In this document: positions 1 to 12,833 of the stretch, one piece after another
Position numbering within the stretch: position 1 is the stretch's first letter
How the letters are laid out: each line of letters starts with the position of its first letter
Assembly: GCF_001194135.2 (NCBI RefSeq)
Contig: NC_068981.1
Coordinates: 29,367,006-29,414,095 of the forward strand
Direction: 5' to 3'
Origin: Octopus bimaculoides
Taxonomy: Eukaryota
Length of the DNA stretch: 47,090 nt
The notes under the pieces: model-generated
The model's database searches: none
Seen by the model: the letters and a program-made list of their open reading frames with translations, nothing else
What the model was told of the DNA's origin: nothing
Translations under genes and position numbers: made by a program

Positions 1-409
1 TATATATATATGTATATATGTTACATAATTTCTCTCTATACGTTTCCTTTGTTTTTATTCTGTGGTTTTCGTGCTCCATGTAAATATATCTCTCAACCCT
101 AATTGTGTTTACGTACCTTTACTTCATCCGTATCCGTACGAGTTGGAGTCCTCTTAAATCCACCTTTGATGTCGTAGCCTTGCACAGGATGCTGATGTCG
201 TAATTTAGGTTGTAAACTATCTGACCACTGCTGTTTTCTATACTGAGTTTATTTAGCTCTCGCCTACTTATTACATATATATTTTTTTTTATGCATGTCT
301 ATATATTTGTGTGTGTGCTTGTCGGTGCGACCGTATTTATGTACGTATATATATATATATATATATATAAACGCAAACAGACATGCATATATATGTATAT
401 ATATATATA

Positions 410-448
<39 letters not shown>

Positions 449-1265
449 GTGTGTGTGTATGTGTGTGTGTGGACACAAGCAAATATACATAAATATACCC
501 CCGTTTTGTTATGTGTGTATATATGTATGTGTGCGTGCCTGTGGTTGTGTAACGCTGTATATATTTCGTATGAAGCTGACATCTGCGCTTTTCATTGCGT
601 TCATTCATATGATACTTAATCAATGGATTTTCAGCAAATTGTTAATAAATCATTCCATATTCTCAGTTTTGTGCAGTTTATACTCTGTATACTGATTTAT
701 AGCTTTGGTTAGAGGTCAACTAGATTTATGTATATTCTTACGGCAATCTCAGTTTTCGTTTAGTCTGTCCAATATATTTGATGCCGTTCAAAGAATTCTT
801 ACAAATCCAACAATATGTTCAGATTTTTTAAACATCAAAAAGAAGAAAAAAAACAAATGGTTGTTTTTTCTATTTAAGTTGTTTAACCCTCGGTCTTTTC
901 TGATCCTGACAGACCCAGCCACTGATCATAGGTGTTCCAAACAACACCAATTCCGTTTCTGTTTTTGTTTTGTTTTGTTTTTTGCATACATGGACTATCA
1001 TTAAAGAAATCAATGAGATAAATAGATGCGAATAGAAGAAGATTTGGCTGTTATTTCTCTCGGTGTCAGCTGGAGCTTGGAATTTAGAACATTTTGGTAT
1101 TGCTTTTCTATTACACACAAACAATCATATGTTTAAGGCAATTGAATAATTTGTTACTCAAATATTTTAATAGCAGCAGTTTCACACCAGATTTAACCTA
1201 TTTCATATTACGAATAAAAGAAACCTAAGTCATCAATTTCTTTAAATTTTATTATTTTATTTTAG

Positions 1266-1973
1266 AAGTAAATGGGGTGGATATCGTGGAGAAAATCCTA
1301 GATGGCTGTGTCTGTCCATGGCCGCAGTCTAATGTCTGAAACTAGTAAACAACTACATGAGCCATGAAAGGTCTTACTCACTTATCGAGGTCTAAATATT
1401 GCTTATTCACTGATTCATATCTCTGGCTTTATGTCTTCTATACTATCCGTCAAAAGTTTGCTGTTACATCCGGTTTCCTCCAGACTGAGGGAAGGGAGAG
1501 AGAAATTTATCTCGAAACCAGAGACTGCGTGCGAATCTTTGAACTCTGCTATCGACAACCAAGTTAACAAGACTTGTGGATAAGTCAGCCGGTGGATTAA
1601 CACTGTCATATACAAGACTATACGGCAAGTTTTGAACTAGGATAAATACTGCAAGACAACTAATTCAGTCTTCTTAAATATCGTATACTGCACCATCTGA
1701 AAGGATAAAGTAGACCAATTTATTAGAGAAAAAGAAGAACGAGATTTGGTGATAGAAATCTTCCCAAAGATTAAACAACAGCAAATTTTCGACGGGTAGT
1801 ATAGAGATAAAGCCAGAAATATGAATCAGTGAATAAGCAATATTTAGCCCTCGATAAATGAGTAAGATCATTTATGGCTCCTGTAGTTGTTCACTAGTTT
1901 CAGACATTTGACTGCGGCCATGGACAGACACAGCCATCTAGGATTTTCTCCGTGATATCCACTCCACTAACTT
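1266..1973. repeat. Foldback / long inverted repeat, arms ~1266-1465 and ~1777-1973, ~310 bp spacer (MITE-like or inverted duplication)
   Basis: The left arm (…gtggatatcgtggagaaaatcctagatggctgtgtctgtccatggccgcagtc…gtttgctgtt) matches the reverse complement of 1777-1973 at roughly 90% by manual alignment. Confidence 0.9.
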
Positions 1974-2169
1974 TACTGATCATTGTTTATTGTATTATAT
2001 TATGAGGAAAAGGGATGCAACTATATAGATATGATTACACCAGTAATATATAGCTATAAACATAAAGAAATGAGTGCACACACATACATATGTATGTACG
2101 TTTGATCGGGATCCAGAATGCTTCCTGCTACCATAATTTGATAACACGGTCTTGATCAATCTTAGGGTA

Positions 2170-2295
2170 CATCATCGCAAGGCACTGGTCAACCATATCG
2201 AACACCTACATTTACTGTGCAGTGTGATTGAAACCGGAACCGGCTGCATGGCTGCGAAGCAAACTCTTCACTCTGCAACTATACCTGTGTCTGTT
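2170..2295 (-). mobile_element. Degenerate 5' head of tRNA-derived SINE (family A)
   Basis: The reverse complement resembles the head at 6641-6720 (…gaagagtttgcttcgcagccatgc…ggttccggtttcaatcacactgc). Confidence 0.4.
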
Positions 2296-4585
2296 TATCT
2301 TTTATCATTTTACGCTTAAATCATTGAGTTATGTGAATTGTGCAAGAAAATCTAATTTCATTATTGATCTACACATCTGTTTCACAGTGTAATAGCAGAG
2401 GGGAAAATATATGATTCTACATATCTGAATATCAGACAACATTCTGATAATATATACAAAAAATAAAACGCAGTAAAAGACAATTTTTTTACATTCGTTT
2501 AATGTATTTCCATACTTAAGTAAAAAAAAAAAAATTCAGTTTTGACAGAATCCAACTGTCCAATGACTCGGCTCTCAGTTATTCCGTAATTCTCTATTAT
2601 TTTAAAAAATAACACATAACATTTTGAAAGATTTTTTATCTCTTTTACATAATCGAGGCTCTGACACTCTTCAAGCCAATCATCACTGCACATAGTTTAT
2701 ATAAGGGATATTTTCTTACAAAAAGTAAACAAAAAATATATGTATACAAACTATCATTCATGTGTTAGCCAACCAAGTTCAGTGTTCCTTAACGAGGGTG
2801 ATCTTGACAGGAAGCGATGTTTCCAGCGTCAATTGACTATATAAAATACACATCAGTCATCATATATAATTTGATGAAAGTACGCCTCAGTGATTGGGAT
2901 AATTTCCTGTTGCACTGCTGAGTGTTACAAATTAGCTACAAAACGTCTGGTCGCCATCTTTACCGCTTGATTACATTATCTCGGCTTGACGGTTATCTCG
3001 CCTTGCTAACAATGGAACGACTTCGATTATAGCTTAGTTTCATAGTTTTGCGGACAGAGTGTGTGCTATTAACTGTTACTGCTGTCACTATTGCAGCTCT
3101 TGATGTTGTTATTATTTTTAGATAATCTTATTGTTGTTTTACTGCTTTCAGTCTTCTTATTCATGCTACATGGTGTTATTGATGGTAATGACGCTGGAAC
3201 AAAGTTTGACTTGATATCTTTATAAATGATTGTTTATATTATTAGAGCTGCTTCTCTTGATGCACTTTTATTGGTATTTCCACTGGCGTAGTTTTCCTGT
3301 TCTCACATCTTATTTTTTCAGTTTTGTTTGAGTGTTGTTTATGGCTTTTGCTGCTTTGTTCATATTTTTTATTAGTCGTTCGTCTTTCCACGTTGTAGTT
3401 CAATATTTTTTGTATTCCTTGTTGCTTCAACTTAAATGTTTCACCTGTTTTCACAATGTATTTTATGAGCCAACGGGGGAACGTGTATGTGGTACCTTGA
3501 TAAGCTAAAAATAGCAGCTACTTTATTTCAAATCACATCCTACTGGTCTAAATAATGAACGGCAATCTTAGATAATGTAGTCCTACAGTCTAATCAAAGA
3601 ACAAGATGGTCACATTTGGAATGCATTAAGTCATGGATCTGTTTGTTAAGAAGTCATTAGCAGCAGTAACAACAACTACAAGTTAAGGAAGTCCGTGGGT
3701 GAACGCTTGACGCGCAAGAAATATCAGCCAAATCCTTCTCAAGTCTCACCCAATTTTTTTAATAGTACTCATTGGATAATTTGGTTATAATATGATTATA
3801 AAAATGTGATTTGTGATGGCAAAAGACTGAGGTCCGAAACGCCAACAGTCTTTCTTTACCAATTAAAGAGTTAACCTAATAATGAATAGGATAAAACTAG
3901 ACCTTCCTGAATTGTCTTGTTAGTATATTAAATATTGCATTTACAATGTGTACGCATGTGTGTGTATCTATGTGTGTCTCTGCGTTTATACGTATGTGCG
4001 TTTGTATACGAGTGTGCGTGAAATATATATTAGGCATCGTATATTTGGTTGTTGTTTTTTTCTCCTTTCGGTCATCTATCACAATCGTCTGCTTCAGTTC
4101 AGCTGTGCGACTGAACCCGCATCACAATAACAACGGCAATATCAGCACATCATTAGCAGCCCCTCGTTTGTAGACAACAGCAACCTACACACCATGCTAC
4201 CTCAGTGGCTTACCGAATTTAGCTGTCAACAAGCTATATATAGTTGCTAGTACGTAGTTTGTAGTTATGTATATGTACGCATTTGTATGGGAGTGTGTGT
4301 ATCAGAATATGAAGAACCAAATTCTAAATCTATCTATGTATTTATATCTGTATATCTATACATTTATCTATCTATCTATCTATCTATCTAGTCATCTATC
4401 GATCTATCTGTAATGCTCTGTCTTGTTTGCCTTACCTCTCCCTTACCATCACTCTCTCCCTTTTTCTCGGTAGATTTACATATATACATATATATATATA
4501 TATACACACAAGCACACATACATATATATATAAATATATATACACATACATATACATATTTACATATGTACATATACATATATAT

Positions 4586-4619
<34 letters not shown>

Positions 4620-5015
4620 GCATTTATATATATATATATACATATGCATATATATATATATATATATATATATANNNNNNNNNNNNNNNNNNNNNNNNNN
4701 NNNNNNNNNNNNNNNNNNNNNNNNNNNNNNNNNNNNNNNNNNNNNNNNNNNNNNNNNNNNNNNNNNNNNNNNNNNNNNNNNNNNNNNNNNNNNNNNNNNN
4801 NNNNNNNNNNNNNNNNNNNNNNNNNNNNNNNNNNNNNNNNNNNNNNNNNNNNNNNNNNNNNNNNNNNNNNNNNNNNNNNNNNNNNNNNNNNNNNNNNNNN
4901 NNNNNNNNNNNNNNNNNNNNNNNNNNNNNNNNNNNNNNNNNNNNNNNNNNNNNNNNNNNNNNNNNNNNNNNNNNNNNNNNNNNNNNNNNNNNNNNNNNNN
5001 NNNNNNNNNNNNNNN

Positions 5016-5054
<39 letters not shown>

Positions 5055-5285
5055 ATTTATGTATACATATTTACATATGCATCTGTGTATGTATGTGTAT
5101 TTGTGCGAATCAAACCGGTATGTATATAAAGTGAATACTTATTCATATAAATATACATACATATTTGTGTATATCTGTTTTATAAGAAGACTGATATTTT
5201 TGCATCTGTTTGGAATAGAGAGATGATAAAAAAAGCAAGGGAGAGGAAGAAGCAGAGTTAGAGAGAGAGTTAGAGAGACAGGATG

Positions 5286-5328
<43 letters not shown>

Positions 5329-5556
5329 GAACGAAACCGGGTAGGAAGGACAACGAGGCGAAGAAAAGTAGAACTTATGTGGTGTTGAAGGCATGGAAAC
5401 AGGGGTGTGTAGAATAGAGATAAACATGCACTGGATAGCCCGGAGACAAAACGCTGAGCAAGGTGCTAACGGTAGTGTCAGCTGCACAAATCAACATCTC
5501 GAAACAGTTTATTCTACTAGCGGGAATGTTTGTCTCGTAGGAAGATCTCAAACGCC

Positions 5557-5598
5557 ATGCTTCATGTTTTACCGCCGTTCGACTTAACACTTAACCCG
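5557..5598 (+). CDS. Candidate short first coding exon (MLHVLPPFDLTLNP), unverified
   Basis: GCC-ATG start at 5557, in-frame TAG 13 codons upstream, 14 open codons, then a phase-0 donor CCG|GTAAGT at 5599. No protein was recognised and no downstream exon was found. Confidence 0.25.
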
Positions 5599-6640
5599 GT
5601 AAGTATGTAAGTAAAGCAGTGAAAATGGGAGACGGTGAAGAGGTGGTACGGTTATATTTACATGAAACCCTCGGTGAGACTTCGTGATATAATGTGTGTG
5701 CGTGTGTGTCTATACTTATGCATATATATATATATATNNNNNNNNNNNNNNNNNNNNNNNNNNNNNNNNNNNNNNNNNNNNNNNNNNNNNNNNNNNNNNN
5801 NNNNNNNNNNNNNNNNNNNNNNNNNNNNNNNNNNNNNNNNNNNNNNNNNNNNNNNNNNNNNNNNNNNNNNNNNNNNNNNNNNNNNNNNNNNNNNNNNNNN
5901 NNNNNNNNNNNNNNNNNNNNNNNNNNNNNNNNNNNNNNNNNNNNNNNNNNNNNNNNNNNNNNNNNNNNNNNNNNNNNNNNNNNNNNNNNNNNNNNNNNNN
6001 NNNNNNNNNNNNNNNNNNNNNNNNNNNNNNNNNNNNNNNNNNNNNNNNNNNNNNNNNNNNNNNNNNNNNNNNNNNNNNNNNNNNNNNNNNNNNNNNNNNN
6101 NNNNNNNNNNNNNNNNNNNNNNNNNNNNNNNNNNNNNNNNNNNNNNNNNNNNNNNNNNNNNNNNNNNNNNNNNNNNNNNNNNNNNNNNNNNNNNNNNNNN
6201 NNNNNNNNNNNNNNNNNNNNNNNNNNNNNNNNNNNNNNNNNNNNNNNNNNNNNNNNNNNNNNNNNNNNNNNNNNNNNNNNNNNNNNNNNNNNNNNNNNNN
6301 NNNNNNNNNNNNNNNNNNNNNNNNNNNNNNNNNNNNNNNNNNNNNNNNNNNNNNNNNNNNNNNNNNNNNNNNNNNNNNNNNNNNNNNNNNNNNNNNNNNN
6401 NNNNNNNNNNNNNNNNNNNNNNNNNNNNNNNNNNNNNNNNNNNNNNNNNNNNNNNNNNNNNNNNNNNNNNNNNNNNNNNNNNNNNNNNNNNNNNNNNNNN
6501 NNNNNNNNNNNNNNNNNNNNNNNNNNNNNNNNNNNNNNNNNNNNNNNNNNNNNNNNNNNNNNNNNNNNNNNNNNNNNNNNNNNNNNNNNNNNNNNNNNNN
6601 NNNNNNNNNNNNNNNNNNNNNNNNNNNNNNNNNNNNNNNN

Positions 6641-6799
6641 CAGGAGTGGCTATGTGGTAAGTAGCTTGCTTACCAACCACACGGTTCTGAGTTCAGTCCC
6701 ACTGCGTGGCACCTTGGGCAAGTGTCTTCTACTGTGTCTTCAAGCTGACCAAAGCCTTGTGAGTGGATCTGGTAAATGGAAACTGAAAGAAGCCCGTCG

Positions 6800-6830
<31 letters not shown>

Positions 6831-7043
6831 ATATGTTTGTGTGTCTGTGTTTGTCCCCTCAGCATCGCTTGACTTCCGATGCTGATGTGTGTACGTCCCC
6901 GTATTCTAGCGGTTCGGCAACAGAGACCGATAGAATCAGTACTAGGCTTACAAAGTATAAGTCCTGGTAACGATTTTTTCAACTAAAGGCGGTGCTCCAG
7001 CATGGCTGCAGTTAAATGACTGAAACAAGTGAAATAGTGAAAG
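6641..7043 (+). mobile_element. tRNA-derived SINE, family A (near full length, internal TA/TG microsatellite)
   Basis: A-box-like gtggctatgtggtaag, B-box-like gagttcagtccc, body ggcaccttgggcaagtgtcttctac, tail ggtgctccagcatggctgcagttaaatgactgaaacaag. Homologous to copies at 8080, 12349, 25407, 25645 and 38105. Confidence 0.92.
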
Positions 7044-7328
7044 TATATATATATACATATGGAGCGAAACAGAGAGAGAGAGAGAGGGAGAGAGAGAGAG
7101 GGAGAGAATGAGAAAGAAAAAGAGACACGCAAACAAACAGACAAACATCGCAGATAACTGCATGTTAATTTTTACACGGAATATGTTAAGAATAGTCTCG
7201 AAATTTTTGCTTACCAGCCCACACATCTTGATACATATATCAAAAGATGCTGTCTAAGTTTTTACGTTTTTAAAAGTGACAAATTATACAAACACAGAAA
7301 TAATACTTTGCTTTGTATTACTTTGTCA

Positions 7329-7669
7329 GGAGACGCAGTGGCCCAGTGGTTAGGAAAGCGGACTAACCACCAGACCGGGCGTTGTGAGTGTTTATTGAGC
7401 GAAAACACCTAAAATGGTGGTGAACCCTGCTGTACTCTTTCGCCACAACTTTCTCTCGCTCTTTCTTCCTGTTTCTGTTGTGCCTGTAATTCAAAGGGTC
7501 AGCCTTGTCACACTCTGTCACGCTGAATATCCCCGAGAACTACATTAAGGGTACACGTGTGTGTGGAGTGCTCAGCCACTTGCACGTTACTTTCACGAGC
7601 AGGCTCTTCCTTTGATCGGATCATCTGGAACCCTCGACGTCGTAACCGAAGGAGTGCCAACAACAACAA
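7329..7669 (+). mobile_element. tRNA-derived SINE, family C (internally deleted copy)
   Basis: Head ggagacgcagtggcccagtggttagg and tail ggagtgcca(aca)n. Colinear with the minus-strand copy at 37243-37625. Confidence 0.9.
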
Positions 7670-7901
7670 TAGGGTAGCTGTGAGGAGTCAGATCTGGCTG
7701 GGTTGAACAGAAAATAAGTAAAAAATGTGGGCTGGATATGGCCTGGTTAAATGGTAAATGTTTAAGTCAGTGGTAAGTAGATATTGTGGACCATTGTTTA
7801 AAGTGAGTTCATTTCTTAAGCAAAATAACAAGAATTTCAAAGTAGCAATTCTTACACATTTGTGTCTGTTTATAATCAATAAATAACTTAATTCCCCTTC
7901 C

Positions 7902-7962
7902 TTCCTTTGATCGGATCAACTGGAACCCTTGACGTCGTAAGCGACGGAGTGCCAACAACAAC
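7902..7962 (+). mobile_element. 5'-truncated 3' tail of SINE family C (or of its partner LINE)
   Basis: ttcctttgatcggatcaactggaacccttgacgtcgtaagcgacggagtgccaacaacaac closely matches 7608-7669. Confidence 0.85.
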
Positions 7963-8079
7963 TTGTCAGCATAGTGGCTATTTACGCATAACAATTTAAT
8001 AAGATGTGAATTTAAACAAAAATCAAATTGACCTTTTCAAATTGAAATCGATCACATATGTATTCTTATTAATACATAG

Positions 8080-8478
8080 ATGCACGGTGGCTGTGTGGTA
8101 AGACGTTTGCTTCCCAGCCACATAGTTCTGGATTCAGTCCTACTGAGAGGCACATTAGACAAGTGTCTTCTACTATAGCTTCAGGCTGGCCAAAGCATTT
8201 TGAGTGGATTTGGTAAAGAGAAACTGAAAGAAGTTTGTCGTAAGTACGTATATATATGTATGTAGGTATTTATGTGTGTGTCTTTGTGTCAGTGCTTGTC
8301 CCCTCAACATCGCTTGACAACCGATGTTGGTATGTTTACGTCCCCGTAACCTAGCGGTTCGGCAAAACAGGAGATAGCATAAGTACTACAAAGATGAAGT
8401 CCTGGGTGGATTTCTTCGACTAAAAGGCCTTTTAGGGCGGTGCCTAATGACAGAGACAAGTGAAAAAATAAAAGAATA
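8080..8478 (+). mobile_element. tRNA-derived SINE, family A (diverged)
   Basis: Colinear with 6641-7043 (gtggctgtgtggtaag…aagtgtcttctactatagc…gcggttcggcaaaa…gacaagtgaaaa). Confidence 0.9.
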
Positions 8479-8665
8479 CATTTTCTAAGACATTAACATG
8501 AATTTATACTGATTAGATAACACATTTAGTCATTCAAACTGGGTAAGATACCATTGAAAGTGGCCCTCTTAAAGCAGCCGAGAAGATGAAGTGGAGCGGT
8601 AAGGTAGCGATATGAACCACCCACGTGTCTCTTGGTTAGTTGTTATTATAGTAAATTCGCGAACC

Positions 8666-8800
<135 letters not shown>

Positions 8801-9052
8801 TTCAGTTTTGAACTTGTTCACCGTCTGTTCTAAATCAATTTTACTTTTCCTAAACTATTTATAAACTACGTAAACAGGCATTTTAAACATTTCAAATGCA
8901 TTTTATACAGCGGTCTACTAAATGACTTTATACAAATATTCAGTACAGTTCTATTCAGTAAGTACATTTCGCAGCAGTCTTAAACATATATGGATACGTA
9001 AAGATGTGTGTGTGTGGGGGGGGGGGAATACAAATACGCATACACACACACG

Positions 9053-9813
9053 TACACGCGGGGATCAGCTGAAAGGTTCATATGCCGATCAAGATCCCCT
9101 CTTTGAATGTGACCAGATGAGATATATTTTTCTACGTAGTCCCCTTTACGGTCCACACAGTTATTCTATCGGTGTTGCTGTGCTCGGATCCCATTGGTGA
9201 AGAAATTTTCATCTTTTTGTCAAAAAATGTTATGAATATTACGATAGTGGTTCGCAGTGGTTTTTCCGTATTGGCGAAGAGATGATAGTTACATGGGGCC
9301 AAATCAGAATAAGGGGGGCGATGAACTATTTCAAGGCCACAATCATCCACAGAAGCCATTGAAACCAAGGACTCTTGTGCTGGAGCATTGTCCTAACGAA
9401 ACAAGATCTCTTTCCTCCGTTTTCTTGGATGTGTCGTCTTGATAAACTTTTCGTAACTGCATCAGGACGTGGGTGTAGTTCTCTCCATTTCGGCCGTCTT
9501 GGAAACGTCTGAACCACTCGTACACTTGTGTGCAGCTCATATACTCCTGTCCATATCGTTTCTGCAACTTTGCGTAGGCCTCTGAGCAAGTATCGCCATG
9601 ACAACTTTCTCTGTCATGGTCAACGCGACGATCACACGCTACACACGTTCCTTCCAGGCACTGCTGTAAAGAACAGACGTGAAATAGAACTTCAAAACTT
9701 AGTGTGTACGCAGAACAGACCTGCAGGTCAATCTGTGCCAAGCAACTTTACTCTAATTGCTGTAGCTTCGTTACTATGGCAACAGCGCGAATACTTATTG
9801 ATCAGACCTCGTA
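9053..9813 (-). mobile_element. Internally deleted mariner transposon relic
   Basis: Minus-strand peptides GDTCSEAYAKLQKRYGQEYMSCTQVYEWFRRFQDGR (mariner N-terminal HTH) and DCGLEIVHRPPYSDLAPCNYHLF (HPPYSPDLAP motif). Both ends are flanked by TA, but the TIRs match poorly. Confidence 0.9.
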
Positions 9814-9877
9814 TGTATATTTACCTATATATATACATATATAAATATATGCATACATATATAGATACAGGCACGCT

Positions 9878-10199
<322 letters not shown>

Positions 10200-10846
10200 C
10201 GCGCCCGTGAAAACACCTGCACACCTAGTTACGCAATCACACATTTATATATAATACATTAAATGTTGCGCAATGTATACGTTAGCAGTTATTTTTTCTA
10301 AATATCTCGCCGTGATGGCATATTTATCGTGCACGTCTAATATAACCTCATCTAACATTTCTTAAACTCCTTTTGAAGCAAATTTGAAAAATCTATTGAA
10401 TTCTAAACTGAATTTCTCGTTGTTTTTCTATGTTTCAACTCTAGTTTGCTTTTTCAACTCATTGTTCACTGTATGTTTGTATATCTGTATTCTTTCCCCC
10501 TCTTTTTGCTTTCTCCTTTTCTCTCAACATACCTTAAAACTGTCATCATGCATTCTCTGTATTTGTTCATTGTGTTTGTTTTGTTGTTTAATTTATTTAT
10601 TTATTTATTTGTATCCTTTTTTTTTTTTTTTTTTTTGCTAACAATATTTTTCTGTTTTCTTGTTATTTCCATTTTGAAGGAAATTTAAGAAACTTTGCTG
10701 TTTTTCATTATTTATCTCAAACTTTTCGCGTTACTTTTCTCTAAAACTTTGTCAATTTTCGCATATAAGCAAAATTATGCGTATGTGTATGTGTTGTGTG
10801 TGTATGTGCTGTCTGTTGAATGTGTATGTGTGTGTGTGAATGTGTT

Positions 10847-10900
<54 letters not shown>

Positions 10901-11373
10901 CTACATGTATAACTTAGATATATAGATATATATGTATAATGCTCGTGTTAATGATCTGTTTTAGTTTTGTAAGCCATGATGTTTTCTTATTTGATTTATA
11001 TATGTATTTGTATTTATTATACTTTGCCAACCATGATATATGCATACAGTTGCCAATTGATCTACGTTTCAATTAATCTTTCTGTATATCTATTATCTAT
11101 CTGATTTTCCACTATCTTTCTATCTAACTACTCTCAAGCTCTATGTGTGTGTGTGTGTATGTGTATGTGTGTGTGTGTTTCCTTGTCTAGTTATATATAA
11201 AAAACATCAAAATATTAGTTGAAGTTACTGTAAATAATCTTAAACAGCGTCACATATAGTTTTACTAGGAAAACTTTGTCTTCGTTAGACTGCCTGACGA
11301 AGATAACAACGGTGAATTCGAAATCACTGTCTACTATTTCCTTTCAATTAAATATACTCCACCTCTCAATCAT

Positions 11374-11411
<38 letters not shown>

Positions 11412-12348
11412 NNNNNNNNNNCTCTCTCTCTCTCTCTCTTTCACTCTCTTTCCTCCCTTCTCTGTCTCTCCCTCGCTATCTACCGTAGCTTTTTTTTTAT
11501 AGAGTAAGATAGGAATGAGGAGCGGAAGGAGGAAAGGAACAGCGACATGCAATGATGTCGTGATCAGAAAATGCAAGATAGATAAAAGAAAAATATAGAA
11601 ATTAGATATTAGAAAATAGAACTATAATTTAGAATTCACTAAATTTTAAGATTTTGCTTGATAGAAGTTTAAGAAGTGCTACACGAAGTCGTACCTACTA
11701 AATATGCTAACACTTGGAACTGTTTTAAAGAATATCTGCTAATGTATTTATTACGGAATTTCTAATTATCTGTTGAAAAATATATTTCGTAGCATTTGCT
11801 TTCTGGCTAGCATCACGGTCTTCCCAAAGCCGAAAATCCTATCAAACAAAAATCTTCACAGCCTTCCAGTCAAGAGTTTTCTCACCGTTTGACACATCAA
11901 AACTGCCACATCCATCACCTAGATGTCTTGTTTGGTTCTTCATTACATATACAATTAATCTACAAAGTTCCAACTCCCAAGTCAACATAATCGAAAGGTT
12001 TGACTGCAATTTCTCCATCTTACTAAATAGCATAATAACTCAAATAACTTAGATATGTTTCAGCCAAAGTTTGGCTAACCCAAGAGCACCACTTGATAAA
12101 TGGTGTGCAATCCCTTTACTATATATTCTATGAGCGAAAGGGATTTGCATCTGGGCGAGATGTTCTACGAGTATCCCTTGGAAGTTTATAAGAGTGACCA
12201 AGCGGTCCGCGAGCACATAACCCAGCACTTTAATGGAAAAGTCAAATACAGAGTTATGTTCCGTACATTTGAGTTTTGATGTATATATAGGTATTTGTAC
12301 TACGTAGTTATATATGCCGTGTGTTGTAATGTTTATGCGCATGACACC

Positions 12349-12373
12349 ACGGAAACTGAAAGAAATCCGTCGA

Positions 12374-12412
<39 letters not shown>

Positions 12413-12655
12413 TGTGTCTGTGCGTGTGCGTGCGTGCTTGAGTGTGCCCACGAGGGCGCGTGTGACCACTGCTTGAATAACCGCTTGTTGTTTTGTTTAT
12501 GTTACCGTAACTTACCAGTTCGCTAAAATGAGACTGATTGAATAAGTACTAGGCTTGACAAAACAAGTACTAGGTCTGATTCATTCGACTAAAAGTTCTT
12601 CAAGGTGGTGCCCCAGCATGGCCGCAGTCTAATAACTAAACAGAGAAGAAAAGAT
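12349..12655 (+). mobile_element. SINE family A, 3' two-thirds with expanded (TG)n
   Basis: cggaaactgaaagaaatccgtcg…gaataagtactaggctt…ggtggtgccccagcatggccgcagtc. Confidence 0.85.
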
Positions 12656-12797
12656 ATGCATAGACATATATATAGATAGAGAGTGGTGAAAGAGACTGTG
12701 AGAAAAGGAGAGACAGAGATTGAGACAAGGAGATATAGACAGTGAGCGAAAGAGAGAGAGGGAAAGAGACAAAGAGCGCGAGAGAGAAAGCTTAACG

Positions 12798-12831
<34 letters not shown>

Positions 12832-12833
<2 letters not shown>

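Noticed and set aside
264-695. ORFs rich in YI/CV/TH/SL/ER dipeptides here and throughout the window
   Set aside because: They are translations of dinucleotide microsatellites, which lack stops in most frames.
1483-1530. CTGAGGGAAGG…GAGA/TCTC-GAAAC in the foldback spacer
   Set aside because: The core spacing is wrong and there is no cleavage triplet or helix I.
6641-6712. tRNA-like sequences at SINE heads (also 7329, 21640, 30101, 37555)
   Set aside because: A and B boxes are present, but there is no intact cloverleaf and each continues into a SINE body.
4413-6872. Long ORFs of 200-400 aa containing X runs (also at 13, 23-24, 30-33, 39-41 and 45-46 kb)
   Set aside because: They stay open only because they span N gaps.
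12064-12270. Possible exon(s): KVWLTQEHHLING… or YEYPLEVYKSDQAVREHITQHFNGKVKY
   Set aside because: The peptides look plausible but are unrecognised, and no frame has both a good acceptor and a good donor before a stop.
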